Source of the DNA: an uncultured Cellvibrionales bacterium
GTDB taxonomy: Bacteria > Pseudomonadota > Gammaproteobacteria > Pseudomonadales > CAWVSB01
Reading direction: 5' to 3'
Length of the DNA: 64,000 bases
Assembly: GCA_963933215.1 (NCBI GenBank)
Contig: CAWVSB010000014.1
Coordinates: forward strand, 1,933 to 65,932
Positions 49,692 to 63,555 of this stretch are shown piece after piece; within the stretch, counting starts at the first letter, position 1, and every line of letters begins with the position of its first letter. The position numbers and the translations under genes were made by a program. The notes beneath the pieces were generated by a model. That model worked only from the letters and a program-made list of their open reading frames with translations, did not search any database and was not told the DNA's origin.

Positions 49692-50837
49692 TCAGCTATT
49701 AGTCAATGCTGAGAACTTTTGCTGTTGCGTATCGGCATCACCAAAGGTGGTGTTAATCATCATTAAACGCTTGGCATAATGACCAACGTTCAACTCATCA
49801 GTTAACCCCATACCACCATGTAATTGGATTGCTTCAGCGCCAACCAATTTACCAGCACGGCCAACCATGACTTTAAGTGCCATAATGTTTTTCGCAATAT
49901 CAACTGAATCGGCACCAGGATCGTCCATTGAACAAGCAGCACGATACATTAGTGATTTAGTTTGCTCACAAGCAAAAAACATCTCTACCATACGGTGCTG
50001 TAGGGCCTGAAAAGAACCAATTTTAACTCCAAATTGCTCGCGAGTTTTACAGTACTCAACCGTGGTATCAGTAAGCTTTTGCATAATGCCATAAGCTTCA
50101 CCACAAATAGCAACCGTCGCACTTGCTATAACAGGGAGCATAATCTCTAGACCCTTACCTTCTTCACCAACCAGCGCATCAGCACTTACTGTTACATTAT
50201 CAAAACTAATATTGGCAACAACCTGTCCGTCCATCATGCGAAAGCTAGAGCGAGTTACACCAGTTGCATTAGTATCAAGCAAAAATAGACTAATGCCAGC
50301 TTCATCTTGTTGCTCACCACTGGTGCGCGCCGACACAATAATTTTGTCAGCAGCCATACCGTTTGACACCACAACTTTGTCGCCGCTAATGCTATAACCA
50401 TCAGCAGACTTGGTTGCTATAGCAGCAACGTTATTCAAGTCATAACGGCTTTGTCGCTCAAGATAAGCAAACGCACCCAAAGTACTGCCGTCAATCACGC
50501 TAGCAATTAAAGCATCTTTTTGCCCAGCATTAGCGCCGGCTTGCAACAACCCACCATACAACATAACCGTAGATACAAACGGCTCAACAATTAAGCCTTT
50601 ACCAATTTCTTCCATCACAGCCATTACATCAACGGCACCTCCGCCAAAACCGCCATTGGCTTCAGCGAACGGAATTGACAACCAACCTAGCTCAGCAAAA
50701 GTTGCCCAAGTTGCTCTATCGAAACCCTCTTCTTGCGCCACATGTGCGCAGCGAGTATCAAAATCATAATCGTCAGTTACAAAGCGTGAGACGCTTTCTT
50801 TGAGCATGTTTTGTTCTTCAGATAAATTAAAATCCAT
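49692..50837 (-). CDS. Acyl-CoA dehydrogenase, PimD-like small subunit
   Basis: REQFGVKIGSFQALQHR, QLHGGMG; degenerate N-terminal FAD motif. Confidence 0.85.
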   Translation of the reverse strand: MDFNLSEEQNMLKESVSRFVTDDYDFDTRCAHVAQEEGFDRATWATFAELGWLSIPFAEANGGFGGGAVDVMAVMEEIGKGLIVEPFVSTVMLYGGLLQAGANAGQKDALIASVIDGSTLGAFAYLERQSRYDLNNVAAIATKSADGYSISGDKVVVSNGMAADKIIVSARTSGEQQDEAGISLFLLDTNATGVTRSSFRMMDGQVVANISFDNVTVSADALVGEEGKGLEIMLPVIASATVAICGEAYGIMQKLTDTTVEYCKTREQFGVKIGSFQALQHRMVEMFFACEQTKSLMYRAACSMDDPGADSVDIAKNIMALKVMVGRAGKLVGAEAIQLHGGMGLTDELNVGHYAKRLMMINTTFGDADTQQQKFSALTNS

Positions 50838-50874
50838 CGTAACTACCCTTTAATCTGTTCTTATCAAGTCGATT

Positions 50875-52053
50875 TTATAAACCAAGAATGTACTTGGCAG
50901 TAATGTTCTTTTGTACTTCGTTGGAGCCGCCGTAAATTGTCGCCGCTCGGCCATACATATAAGACAGACGTGCTTTGTTAGAAAAGTCATGTCCTGCAAT
51001 ACCTGCATTCTCTTCAGTTTCTTCTAAACCACAGTAATGGGCCGCCAAATCCATGTTCAGCTCTTGCAAAGATTGCTGAATCTCAGTGCCTTTTAACTTA
51101 AGCAAAGACGATTCTGCACCTGGGCCATGGCCTTCAGAAGCTGATGCCAACGCACGTAAATCAGTAAATTCCAAAGCCATTAATTCAATTTCTATATCCG
51201 CTAGGCGTGCTTGAAATAATGGATCTTCAATTAATGGCCTACCACCGCCTATCTCTTTCTTTGCTTGCTCACGAATCATCGCCAAACCGCGTTTTGAATC
51301 AGGCACTGCAGCAATAGAAGTGCGCTCATGGGCAAGTAATGCCTTAGCATAAGTCCAGCCTTTATCTTGCTCACCAACACGGTTAGCTTGAGGTACACGA
51401 ACATTCTCGAACACAACTTCATTCAAGGTATGTTGGCCATCAATGGAATGAATTGGGTTAACCGTAATACCGGGCGCCGTCATATCAATCAGTAAGAAAG
51501 TAATCCCTTCCTGTTTACGACCAGAGTTATCGGTGCGCACTAAGCAGAAAATCCAGTCAGCATACTGAGCGTAAGTAGTCCAAATTTTGGCGCCGTTAAC
51601 GATGTAGTCATCGCCATCAACTTCAGCTTTAGTTTTTAGTGAAGCCAAATCAGAACCAGAACCCGGCTCTGAATAACCCTGACACCACCAATCATCAGAA
51701 CTTAAAATGCGCGGTAAAAACTTAGCTTTTTGCTCGTCATTACCGAAAGTGTAAATAACCGGCGCAACCATTTTTAAACCAAATGGAACAACGTCAGGCG
51801 CACCCGCTAATGAACGCTCAGATTCAAAAATATAACTCTGAGTTAAGCTCCAACCGGTTCCACCGTGCTCAACTGGCCAAGCTGGTGCAACCCAACCCTT
51901 AGCATTAAGTCTATTCTGCCACTCTATATTGCCTTGTTTGTGGGTACTTTTTGCAGAAAATAAATGTTTAATATGATCGTCGAATTCTTGGGCAAAAAAA
52001 CCGCGAACTTCTTCGCGAAACGCCAGGTCTTCAGCAGAAAAATTAGTATCCAA
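50875..52053 (-). CDS. Acyl-CoA dehydrogenase, PimC-like large subunit
   Basis: WWCQGYSEPGSGSDLASL, GAKIWTT, LAHER, TIYGGSNEVQK. Confidence 0.88.
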   Translation of the reverse strand: MDTNFSAEDLAFREEVRGFFAQEFDDHIKHLFSAKSTHKQGNIEWQNRLNAKGWVAPAWPVEHGGTGWSLTQSYIFESERSLAGAPDVVPFGLKMVAPVIYTFGNDEQKAKFLPRILSSDDWWCQGYSEPGSGSDLASLKTKAEVDGDDYIVNGAKIWTTYAQYADWIFCLVRTDNSGRKQEGITFLLIDMTAPGITVNPIHSIDGQHTLNEVVFENVRVPQANRVGEQDKGWTYAKALLAHERTSIAAVPDSKRGLAMIREQAKKEIGGGRPLIEDPLFQARLADIEIELMALEFTDLRALASASEGHGPGAESSLLKLKGTEIQQSLQELNMDLAAHYCGLEETEENAGIAGHDFSNKARLSYMYGRAATIYGGSNEVQKNITAKYILGL

Positions 52054-52186
52054 GTGAATCTCCTCTTATACAACTGTGGTTATTAACAACTTACTAGTTT
52101 CTAGGGTTAACTAAATTGGGGGCTATTTTGAAACTGATGCTCTAACCGAGCAATTACCTGCAAGGTTATACTGGGTAAAGATAAAC

Positions 52187-52219
52187 AAAGGCCAAATTTT
52201 ATTCGAATCTGGCCTTTTT
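52187..52219. terminator. Inverted repeat downstream of icd; probable terminator
   Basis: aaaggcca...tggccttt. Confidence 0.55.
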
Positions 52220-52233
52220 ATTACCCATAACTG

Positions 52234-54486
<2,253 letters not shown>

Positions 54487-54690
54487 TTATTCACCATTGT
54501 TGTTATTGATCAGGCAGCTTTTGGCCGCCTATCAGGCTGGATAAATCTGTGGATTATTCACGCAGCATTATAACGACAATACGCTAATAAGGATATTGCT
54601 ATGGCCATTAGTTTTAGGAAAGGTTCAATCTCGCCCTGATGGCGATAGCCGCATGCATCAGCAGCCCGGCATATTTGTTATTGATATTTG

Positions 54691-54719
54691 TTGACGTTAA
54701 CGTAAAGGTTAGTTAAGTT
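54691..54719 (+). promoter_or_regulatory. LiuR-type operator overlapping a sigma70 promoter of liuR
   Basis: TTGACGTTAACGTAAA near-palindrome matching the known LiuR box; -35 TTGACG, 17 bp spacer, -10 TAAGTT. Confidence 0.8.
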
Positions 54720-54746
54720 AGCCGAAGTCAGCGCAAAGGTCAGCCC

Positions 54747-55130
54747 ATGTCTAAGCAATATAGCATTTCAGAACTTGCCAGCGAATTCGACATCACTACT
54801 CGCACTATTAGGTTTTATGAAGAAAAAGCCCTGCTAAGCCCTATGCGTAAAGGCACCAAGCGCCTCTACAACCAACAGGATCGGGTAAAGCTGCGGCTAA
54901 TTATTCGTGGCAAGCGCCTTGGCTTAACCCTTGAAGAAAGCAAGCACATTATCGACATGTACACCCCTGCCGGCGGTAATGAGCAGCAACTGCAAGCATT
55001 GATCAGCCAAGTACGCCATAAACGCAGCCAGCTGCAAGAACAACTCATCGACCTGGAAAACATGATTAGCGACCTTACGGACGCCGAAAAGAACTGCATG
55101 GCCGAACTAGACAAGCGGGCCACCTCTTAA
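54747..55130 (+). CDS. liuR: MerR-family regulator LiuR
   Basis: YSISELASEFDITTRTIRFYEE, RGKRLG; precedes the liu operon. Confidence 0.9.
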   Translation: MSKQYSISELASEFDITTRTIRFYEEKALLSPMRKGTKRLYNQQDRVKLRLIIRGKRLGLTLEESKHIIDMYTPAGGNEQQLQALISQVRHKRSQLQEQLIDLENMISDLTDAEKNCMAELDKRATS

Positions 55131-55173
55131 ATCCATTCATCCCAACTTATAAAAAGCCAATCTAGGACAATCC

Positions 55174-56343
55174 ATGAACACTAACTACCCTACTTTGAAT
55201 CATAACCTTGGCGAAGAAATCGACATGTTGCGCGACGCAACCTATTCACTATGCCAAAAAGAGTTAGCCCCACGCGCCCAGCAAATTGATAAAGACAATG
55301 AGTTCCCCATGGACATGTGGCGCAAATTTGGCGACATGGGCCTATTAGGCGTAACCGTTAGCGAAGAGTACGGCGGCAGTAATATGGGCTATCTTGCCCA
55401 CTGCGTAGCCATGGAAGAAATCAGCCGCGCGTCGGCCTCGGTGGGCTTAAGCTATGGCGCCCACTCTAATTTATGCGTTAATCAAATTCATAAAAATGGC
55501 AGTGAAGCCCAAAAACAAAAATACCTACCCAAACTTTGCTCTGGTGAACATATAGGCGCCCTAGCGATGAGCGAGCCTAATGCCGGCTCTGACGTGGTCA
55601 GCATGGCCTTAAAAGCCGATAAAAAAGGCGACCACTATGTGCTTAATGGCAATAAAATGTGGATCACCAACGGTCCAGATGCTCATACTTATGTTATCTA
55701 CGCCAAAACTGATATCAGTGCTGGCGCCCGTGGCATGACCGCCTTTATCGTCGAGCGCGACTACCCAGGTTTTTCCCGTCACCAAAAATTAGACAAACTG
55801 GGAATGCGCGGTTCAAACACCTGCGAGCTAGTATTTCAAGACTGTGAAGTGCCGGCAGAAAATATCTTGGGCGGCGAAGGCCGTGGCGTAAACGTGTTGA
55901 TGTCTGGCTTAGACTTCGAGCGCACTGTGCTGTCTGGTGGCCCGGTCGGCATTATGCAAGCCTGCTTAGATATCACCCTGCCCTATGTACATGACCGCAA
56001 ACAGTTCGGCCAAGCCATTGGCGAATTCCAGCTAATGCAAGGCAAAGTAGCCGACATGTACACCGAGCTTGGCGCATCACGGGCTTATTTGTATACCGTA
56101 GCGCGGGCTTTAGACAACGGCCAAGAGTCGCGTAAAGACGCCGCCGCGGTTATTTTGTATACCGCCGAACGCGCCACCCAAATGGCACTGCAAGCTATTC
56201 AAGCCTTGGGCGGTAACGGCTATATCAACGAATTTCCGGCTGGTCGCTTATTGCGCGATGCCAAACTGTATGAGATTGGTGCCGGCACTTCCGAGATTCG
56301 TCGGATGTTAATTGGCCGCGAATTATTTAAAGAATCGGTTTAA
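55174..56343 (+). CDS. liuA: Isovaleryl-CoA dehydrogenase
   Basis: [36 protein letters not shown]. Confidence 0.96.
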   Translation: MNTNYPTLNHNLGEEIDMLRDATYSLCQKELAPRAQQIDKDNEFPMDMWRKFGDMGLLGVTVSEEYGGSNMGYLAHCVAMEEISRASASVGLSYGAHSNLCVNQIHKNGSEAQKQKYLPKLCSGEHIGALAMSEPNAGSDVVSMALKADKKGDHYVLNGNKMWITNGPDAHTYVIYAKTDISAGARGMTAFIVERDYPGFSRHQKLDKLGMRGSNTCELVFQDCEVPAENILGGEGRGVNVLMSGLDFERTVLSGGPVGIMQACLDITLPYVHDRKQFGQAIGEFQLMQGKVADMYTELGASRAYLYTVARALDNGQESRKDAAAVILYTAERATQMALQAIQALGGNGYINEFPAGRLLRDAKLYEIGAGTSEIRRMLIGRELFKESV

Positions 56344-56373
56344 ATAGCCCCATAAAGACAAGAGCAAAAATCT

Positions 56374-57981
56374 ATGGCTACCATCACTTCAAAAATAAAC
56401 GCTCAAAGTACTGCCTTTACCGACAACCAAGAAGCAATGCAGGCCTTAGTTGACGACCTGCAGGCTAAAGTTGCCGCTATTAAATTAGGCGGTGGCGAGA
56501 CGTATCAAGCGCGTCATATTGCCAGAGGAAAATTATTAGCGCGAGACCGCATCGATGCATTAATTGATGAAGGCTCTGGTTTTTTAGAGCTGTCACAACT
56601 AGCAGCTTATGAGGTCTACGGCGAAAATGTAGCCGCCGCCGGGATTATTACTGGGGTTGGTCGTATTTGCGGGCTGGAATGCATGATAGTCGCCAACGAC
56701 GCCACGGTTAAAGGTGGCTCTTATTATCCGCTAACGGTTAAAAAGCATTTACGCGCTCAAGATATAGCCGCCCAAAATAATTTACCTTGTGTTTACTTGG
56801 TTGATTCTGGTGGCGCTAACCTGCCCCGCCAAGATGATGTATTCCCAGACAAGGAACACTTTGGCCGCATCTTTTTTAACCAAGCCAATATGTCAGCCCA
56901 AAACATTCCCCAAATAGCCGTAGTGATGGGTTCTTGCACCGCCGGTGGCGCTTATGTGCCAGCCATGGCCGACGAGTCAATTATTGTCAAAGACCAGGGC
57001 ACTATATTTTTAGCAGGCCCGCCGTTAGTGAAAGCAGCCACCGGAGAAGTTGTCACCGCCGAAGATTTAGGCGGCGCCGATGTGCATTGCCGCATTTCTG
57101 GTGTGTCAGACCATTATGCCAATAACGACCACCATGCCTTAAAGCTAGCACGCCAAACCATTCGTAATTTAAATCGTAAAAAAACAGTTGATCTAGATAT
57201 CAGCGAACCTAAAGAGCCACTTTATGACACTAGCGAGATTTATGGCCTAATCCCTAAAGATGCCAAACAACCGTATGACGTACGCGAAGTTATTGCCCGC
57301 CTAGTTGATGGCAGCGAGTTTGATGAATTTAAAGCACTCTATGGTGAAACCCTTATTTGTGGTTTTTCCCGGCTGTATGGCTACCCGATTGGCATTGTCG
57401 CTAACAACGGTATTTTATTTGGCGAGTCGGCGCAGAAAGGCGCGCACTTTGTCGAGCTCTGCGCAATTCGCAAAATACCATTGGTGTTTTTACAAAATAT
57501 CAACGGCTTTATGGTTGGCAAACAATACGAAGCAGGCGGTATCGCCAAACATGGCGCTAAAATGGTAACCGCGGTAGCGTGCGCCAAAGTCCCTAAGTTA
57601 ACCGTACTTATTGGTGGCTCATTCGGCGCTGGCAATTACGGTATGTGCGGCCGCGCTTACGACCCGCGCTTCATGTTTATGTGGCCCAATGCCCGCATAT
57701 CAGTAATGGGCGGCGAACAAGCTGCTGGCGTATTGGCCCAAATTAAACACGACCAAAAAACTGCCCGCAACGAGACTTGGAGTGATGTAGAAGAAGCCGC
57801 ATTCAAACAACCCATACTTGAAACCTATGAGCAACAAGGCCACCCCTACTATGCCTCGGCACGGCTATGGGACGACGGCGTAATAGACCCCGCCGACACC
57901 CGCCGCATATTAGGGCTAGCCCTTAGCGCATCATTAAACAAACCCATCGAAGACACGCGCTTCGGTGTGTTTAGAATGTAA
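56374..57981 (+). CDS. liuB: Methylcrotonyl-CoA carboxylase carboxyltransferase subunit
   Basis: [40 protein letters not shown]. Confidence 0.95.
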   Translation: MATITSKINAQSTAFTDNQEAMQALVDDLQAKVAAIKLGGGETYQARHIARGKLLARDRIDALIDEGSGFLELSQLAAYEVYGENVAAAGIITGVGRICGLECMIVANDATVKGGSYYPLTVKKHLRAQDIAAQNNLPCVYLVDSGGANLPRQDDVFPDKEHFGRIFFNQANMSAQNIPQIAVVMGSCTAGGAYVPAMADESIIVKDQGTIFLAGPPLVKAATGEVVTAEDLGGADVHCRISGVSDHYANNDHHALKLARQTIRNLNRKKTVDLDISEPKEPLYDTSEIYGLIPKDAKQPYDVREVIARLVDGSEFDEFKALYGETLICGFSRLYGYPIGIVANNGILFGESAQKGAHFVELCAIRKIPLVFLQNINGFMVGKQYEAGGIAKHGAKMVTAVACAKVPKLTVLIGGSFGAGNYGMCGRAYDPRFMFMWPNARISVMGGEQAAGVLAQIKHDQKTARNETWSDVEEAAFKQPILETYEQQGHPYYASARLWDDGVIDPADTRRILGLALSASLNKPIEDTRFGVFRM

Positions 57982-57991
57982 GGTGACTATT

Positions 57992-58807
57992 ATGAGCGAT
58001 CACATAATGGCTAATGAATTAGTACTGACAACCATCAACAACTCCGTTGCCACGGTTACCTTAAATAATCCGGCCAAACACAATGCCTTTGATGATGAAA
58101 TTATTGCGTTGCTAACCAGTACCTTTAATGCCTTAGCCAGCAACACTGACATTAGAGCTATGGTGTTAACCGGCAATGGTAAAAGCTTTTCAGCAGGTGG
58201 CGACTTGGCGTGGATGAAGCGCATGGCAGATTACAACTATGATGAAAATTTAGCTGACGCCCAAAGTCTAGCCTTAATGCTCAAAACACTTAACGCATTG
58301 CCCTTCCCCACTATTGCCAAAGTAGCAGGTACGGCATTTGGCGGCGCAGTAGGTTTAATTAGCTGTTGCGATATTGCCATTGGTGCCAGCAATGCTAAGT
58401 TTAGCTTAAGTGAAGTGAAAATAGGTTTACTGCCTGCAACCATCAGCCCCTATGTTATTGCAGCTATTGGTCAGCGCGCCGCGCGCCGCTATTTTTTAAC
58501 CGCCGAACGCTTTAATGCTAATGCTGCAGTGCAGCTAGGTCTATTAGCTGAATGTGTTGAGCTTGATGCGCTAGACGGAAAAGTTGGAGAAATTATTAAT
58601 GCCATATTAGGTAACAGCCCCGTAGCCATTAAAGCTAGCAAGCAACTGATTTTTAATGTGGCAGGTAAAGCGCTAGATCAACAACTGATTGATTACACCT
58701 GTGATGAAATCGCCAGAATTCGCGCGTCAGCTGAAGGCAAAGAAGGCTTACAAGCATTTTTAGACAAGCGCCCTGCTCACTGGATAAAAACAGACGGACA
58801 CTCATAA
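57992..58807 (+). CDS. liuC: Methylglutaconyl-CoA hydratase
   Basis: HNAFDD, FSAGGDL, SEVKIGLLPATISPYV; start moved to 57992. Confidence 0.92.
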   Translation: MSDHIMANELVLTTINNSVATVTLNNPAKHNAFDDEIIALLTSTFNALASNTDIRAMVLTGNGKSFSAGGDLAWMKRMADYNYDENLADAQSLALMLKTLNALPFPTIAKVAGTAFGGAVGLISCCDIAIGASNAKFSLSEVKIGLLPATISPYVIAAIGQRAARRYFLTAERFNANAAVQLGLLAECVELDALDGKVGEIINAILGNSPVAIKASKQLIFNVAGKALDQQLIDYTCDEIARIRASAEGKEGLQAFLDKRPAHWIKTDGHS

Positions 58808-60795
58808 TGTTTACAAAAATTCTTATCGCCAACCGTGGTGAAATCGCTTGCCGAATTATCACTACCGCCAAAAAAATGGGCATTAGCACTGTTGCGGTTT
58901 ATTCTGATGCCGACAAAAACTCACTGCATGTAACCCAAGCCGACGAAGCCATTTATATTGGCGCTAGCCCGTCACGCGAATCTTACTTAGTGATTGATAA
59001 AATCATTAATGCAGCGCTCAAAACTGGCGCTCAAGCAATTCACCCAGGCTACGGATTTTTAAGTGAAAACGCCGAGTTCTGCCATGCCTGCGAAGCCAAC
59101 AACATAGTATTTATTGGCCCACCGGTAGCGGCCATAAAAGCTATGGGGTCAAAGTCGGCCGCTAAAACTATTATGGAAAAAGCCGGCGTACCACTAGTGC
59201 CCGGCTACCATGGTGATGACCAAAATCCTGCCATATTAAAACAAGCCGCCGACGACATGGGCTACCCAGTGTTGTTAAAAGCCACCGCCGGCGGTGGTGG
59301 TAAAGGGATGCGCCAAGTATGGAGCGCAACAGAGTTTACTAGCGCATTAGATGCCGCTAAACGTGAAGCACTAAACGGCTTTAATGACGACAACATGTTG
59401 GTAGAAAAATACCTTACCCAGCCGCGCCACATTGAAATACAAGTATTCTGCGACAACTTTGGCAGCGCCGTTTATTTAGCCGAGCGCGACTGTTCAGTAC
59501 AGCGTCGTCATCAAAAAGTAATTGAAGAAGCTCCCGCCCCAGGCATGACAGCTCAGTTGCGCCAACAAATGGGTGATGCCGCTATTCGTGCGGCCCAAGC
59601 CATCGACTATCGCGGCGCTGGCACTATCGAGTTTTTGCTAGACGTTGATGGCTCATTCTACTTTATGGAAATGAATACTCGATTACAGGTTGAACATCCC
59701 GTCACTGAAATGATTACCGGCCAAGACTTAGTTGAATGGCAGCTGCGCGTTGCCAACAACGAGCCACTGCCGCTGAAGCAAGCGCAAATACAAATTAACG
59801 GCCATGCATTTGAAGCACGTATTTACGCCGAAGACCCACGCAATAACTTTCTACCCGCAACCGGCACCTTAGCGTTTTTACAAACGCCAACAACTAGTGA
59901 TGTGGTGCGCGTAGACACCGGGGTCATTCAAGGCGATGAGGTTAGCGTATATTACGACCCAATGATCGCCAAGCTTGTAGTATGGAGTGACACCCGCGAA
60001 TCTGCCCTGCGCCGATTAGCACAGTCGTTACAGCAATACTTAATTGCAGGGGTTACCACTAATATAGAATTTTTACATTGTTTGGCAACACATGAAGCAT
60101 TTAAAAATGCCGACTTTGACACAGGTTTTATTGAAAAACATCACGATACATTAAAAATAAAAGACACTGAGCAACCAGAATTATTAGCGCAGCTGTGCGC
60201 ACTGTATTTAAATTTAAAGCTGCCCCAGCAACCGCCAAAAAAAACCCATGATCCACATTCACCGTGGCAAAGCAGTCAAGGCTGGCGCGCTAATAGTGAA
60301 AACATCAATAGCTTTGATTTAATATTTGCAGAGCTGGCGTTTGCTATCACGATAGAAAACAACACCTCCCAATACACAATTACCACTAACACTGTTAGTG
60401 CTGTAGCCAGTGCAACGCTAGCTGGCAATGAATTAACAGCATGTGTTAATGGCCACAACGTCAAGGCGACTGTATTTAAGTCAGGCACCGACATTTATAT
60501 CTATACCGCTGACTACCATAGTCGACTTGAATTAATACTGCCGGACTTAGGCACAGATAACCTAACCGCTGATGGCGGTGCACTAACCGCTCCAATGCCA
60601 GGTACAATTGTTGAGCTGCTGGTAACAACAGACCAAGTGGTGCAGGCTGGCGATCCATTGCTAGTAATGGAAGCTATGAAAATGGAACACACCATTAGTG
60701 CCCCCAGTAGCGGTAAGGTGGCAGAATTTTTCTATCAAGCTGGCGACTTGGTAAACAACAATGCAGTATTGTTAGACTTTAACGCCGAGGAATAA
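58807..60795 (+). CDS. liuD: Methylcrotonyl-CoA carboxylase biotin carboxylase/carrier subunit
   Basis: IANRGEIA, GGGGKGMR, EMNTRLQVEH, EAMKM biotinylation site. Confidence 0.95.
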   Translation: MFTKILIANRGEIACRIITTAKKMGISTVAVYSDADKNSLHVTQADEAIYIGASPSRESYLVIDKIINAALKTGAQAIHPGYGFLSENAEFCHACEANNIVFIGPPVAAIKAMGSKSAAKTIMEKAGVPLVPGYHGDDQNPAILKQAADDMGYPVLLKATAGGGGKGMRQVWSATEFTSALDAAKREALNGFNDDNMLVEKYLTQPRHIEIQVFCDNFGSAVYLAERDCSVQRRHQKVIEEAPAPGMTAQLRQQMGDAAIRAAQAIDYRGAGTIEFLLDVDGSFYFMEMNTRLQVEHPVTEMITGQDLVEWQLRVANNEPLPLKQAQIQINGHAFEARIYAEDPRNNFLPATGTLAFLQTPTTSDVVRVDTGVIQGDEVSVYYDPMIAKLVVWSDTRESALRRLAQSLQQYLIAGVTTNIEFLHCLATHEAFKNADFDTGFIEKHHDTLKIKDTEQPELLAQLCALYLNLKLPQQPPKKTHDPHSPWQSSQGWRANSENINSFDLIFAELAFAITIENNTSQYTITTNTVSAVASATLAGNELTACVNGHNVKATVFKSGTDIYIYTADYHSRLELILPDLGTDNLTADGGALTAPMPGTIVELLVTTDQVVQAGDPLLVMEAMKMEHTISAPSSGKVAEFFYQAGDLVNNNAVLLDFNAEE

Positions 60796-60797
60796 TA

Positions 60798-61694
60798 ATG
60801 AGCTTACCTACCCACGTTAAAATTGTAGAAGTTGGCCCACGCGATGGTTTGCAAAATGAAGCCGTCGACGTACCTGCTGAGGTAAAGCTTGCGCTGATTC
60901 ACCAGTTGGTTGACGCGGGTATTAGCTACATTGAAGCTGGCAGTTTTGTAAACCCAAAGTGGGTGCCGCAAATGGCCAACAGCGAAGATGTATTTACGCA
61001 GTTAGTACATGGCGACAATATTACCTACGCCGCTCTAACCCCAAATTTAAAAGGCTTTGAGCGTGCACTTAGCGTTAACGCAACTGAAGTCGCCATTTTT
61101 GCCGCCGCCAGTGAAGCCTTTAGCCAAAAAAATATTAATTGCTCGATAGCTGAAAGCATTGCACGGTTTGAACCTGTAATGGCTGCCGCTAAACAAGCCA
61201 ACATAAAAGTGCGTGGCTATGTGTCTTGCGTTCTAGGCTGCCCCTATCAAAAAGATGTGCCCGTTAGCGATGTGGTAAAAGTCAGCACGCAACTATTCGA
61301 CATGGGCTGCTATGAAATATCTCTCGGTGACACCATTGGCACCGGTACACCCACTAAAGTCAAAGAATTAATTGCAGAGTTGTCTCAAGTAATCCCGGTT
61401 GAAAAATTAGCCGTACACTTTCACGACACCTATGGCCAAGCGCTAGCTAATATATATGCCGCATTGGAATGCGGCGTTGCGGTTGTTGACAGCTCAATAT
61501 CTGGCCTAGGCGGCTGCCCTTACGCTAAAGGCGCATCGGGTAATGTGGCCTCTGAAGACTTAGTTTATATGCTTAATGGTATGGGTATAGAGCACGGAGT
61601 GGATTTAGATAAGCTTATTTTGGCCGGTAATAAAATTTCTGATTTTTTGCAAAGGGATAGTGGCTCTAAAGTGGCATTGGCAAACCATCAATAA
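60798..61694 (+). CDS. liuE: Hydroxymethylglutaryl-CoA lyase
   Basis: EVGPRDGLQNE, LGDTIG, HFHDTYG, GLGGCPYA. Confidence 0.96.
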   Translation: MSLPTHVKIVEVGPRDGLQNEAVDVPAEVKLALIHQLVDAGISYIEAGSFVNPKWVPQMANSEDVFTQLVHGDNITYAALTPNLKGFERALSVNATEVAIFAAASEAFSQKNINCSIAESIARFEPVMAAAKQANIKVRGYVSCVLGCPYQKDVPVSDVVKVSTQLFDMGCYEISLGDTIGTGTPTKVKELIAELSQVIPVEKLAVHFHDTYGQALANIYAALECGVAVVDSSISGLGGCPYAKGASGNVASEDLVYMLNGMGIEHGVDLDKLILAGNKISDFLQRDSGSKVALANHQ

Positions 61695-62349
61695 CACTGG
61701 GATCAACAGTTCGAGACTTTCTTTATCGACCTTTTTTAGTGGGTTACCGTTATTTTTTTATCATATTGACTCTGTTATTTCATCAACCTCGGCTTAACTG
61801 GATACTTGTCCCGTGGAAAAACATTCCCCAATAACGCCTCAATTCTTACAACAACAATAACAATAGATAAAAGCCTCCGATTAAGAATAAGTTAACTCAC
61901 TGACTGTATTAGGGGATGTATAGTTGGTTTTTTTAAGTGCGAGGCTCTATTAGCGACAGATGCAGACAATGAATAATAGACAGTAACTGCCGATAGTCGG
62001 CAATTATTGATATAAAAGAGGGGTATATATGAGACTGCATAAATTTTAATTTTATCAATAATTGCGTTTTGATATAACTACACTCCCACGCCTCTAATGC
62101 TCAAAAAAGTTACTAATTAACACATAAAGCAATAGCTTAAACAGCCAATGTTCAGCTTTTCAAGGGGCTTATATATTGCAATCTAACGTATTATATGTTA
62201 AAGCTGAATGTAGCTTATCGGGTGTGTTTAAATTAATTATTGTAATAATTGCTCGCCTTACAGATCCGTAATAGTTCTACCTTCGTAAGTATGTTAGGAC
62301 CACTAGCAAATCATTTACTAATAACATTTAACGAGCTTGGAGAATTCCT

Positions 62350-62814
62350 ATGATAAATTATTTTTTACTACTTTTTGTAAGTCTCTTTTTGGCACTGGCC
62401 TCATCTGCTAACGCCGGATCTGATACGGGTACACTTGATGTGACCACTACGGTCAGTAATAGTTGTTCAATTGGCGCCGGAGGCGAAATTGATTTTGGCG
62501 TCTATGACCCCTCAGCAATCAGCTTAGGTACAGCTACCGGACTTAACGTAACATGTAACGGTCCCACTGTAGCATGGGCAATTCACTCTACCGAGTCTGT
62601 TGCTACAAGGCTGATGGAAAGGGTCGGAGGTACTGAGACATTAATTTACACACTGACTAACTCCAGTGCTACAGCGCTTGCGGTGACAAACACATCAGGA
62701 ACGGCTGATGGTGTTGGTACTGCAGCTGCAGTCATCAATGGCGCGATAGCAGCAGGACAAAACGTCGTTCCCGGCACTTATAGTCAAAACATTCTGCTAA
62801 CCATAGTGTTTTAA
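62350..62814 (+). CDS. Spore-coat-U-domain (Csu-type) fimbrial subunit
   Basis: Signal peptide ending in ANA; VSNSC...IDFG.Y, VTC, PGTYSQNILLTIVF. Confidence 0.85.
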   Translation: MINYFLLLFVSLFLALASSANAGSDTGTLDVTTTVSNSCSIGAGGEIDFGVYDPSAISLGTATGLNVTCNGPTVAWAIHSTESVATRLMERVGGTETLIYTLTNSSATALAVTNTSGTADGVGTAAAVINGAIAAGQNVVPGTYSQNILLTIVF

Positions 62815-62817
62815 CTA

Positions 62818-63552
62818 ATGAACGCGGCAATGAAAGGGAAACTTATTGCTGCTTTACTTGGACTAGGATTGTTTATAACCCTAGTATCACGTTCTCACGC
62901 GGTGATAATTTCGCCGGTTCATCTCAATATGTCTGTTAAAGAACCCATCATTAGCTTTACAGTAACAAACGATTCAGCAGACGTAATCACCTACCAAATT
63001 AATACCTTATCATGGCAACAAATTGACGGTAAGGACACTTATAATGAAACAAGAGAACTTATAGTAAGCCCACCCATCGTTAGCATTGAGCCTAGTAGCA
63101 CCCAAACCTTCAGAGTAGGACTTTTCAAAGAAAGCTCTCACTTGGTAGAACAAGCATACCGCGTAGTATTGGATGACATAACAACTTATCTCCCTGACCA
63201 CTCAAAAAATAGCCTTAAATTTATATTCAACCACAATTTGCCCCTGTTCTATGCACCAGTAAAAAGGATCGATTCAGTTGTTTGGTCTACATGCGAATCG
63301 GCAGTGAGAGGAACAAGCTGCTTACTTATTGAAAACAAAGGCAATCGACATGTAAAACTAGTTAATTTTGTTGCAGTATCTGCGACTCAAGAAAAACCAT
63401 TGCACAATGCTAAGACAGTACTTGCGGGTAGTACTAGCAAGCTGTTCTACCCGACAACGCAAGGAGGAATAGAGACTACAACTAGCATCAAGGTAAGATC
63501 AGATAAAGGTCCTATCGTTTTGCTGTTAGCAGATTTACCCTATACGAATTAA
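62818..63552 (+). CDS. Fimbrial chaperone (CsuC/PapD-like)
   Basis: ISPV, WQQIDG, LIVSPP, QTFRV, EQAYRVVLDD, NKGNRHVK. Confidence 0.88.
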   Translation: MNAAMKGKLIAALLGLGLFITLVSRSHAVIISPVHLNMSVKEPIISFTVTNDSADVITYQINTLSWQQIDGKDTYNETRELIVSPPIVSIEPSSTQTFRVGLFKESSHLVEQAYRVVLDDITTYLPDHSKNSLKFIFNHNLPLFYAPVKRIDSVVWSTCESAVRGTSCLLIENKGNRHVKLVNFVAVSATQEKPLHNAKTVLAGSTSKLFYPTTQGGIETTTSIKVRSDKGPIVLLLADLPYTN

Positions 63553-63555
63553 ATA

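Noticed and set aside
54747-61694. liu operon as a novelty
   Set aside because: Canonical liuRABCDE order with a canonical LiuR box.
61695-62349. Possible c-di-GMP riboswitch upstream of the pilus genes
   Set aside because: Could not find the GEMM consensus (GNRA tetraloop stem plus receptor stem) by eye; an Infernal search would be needed.
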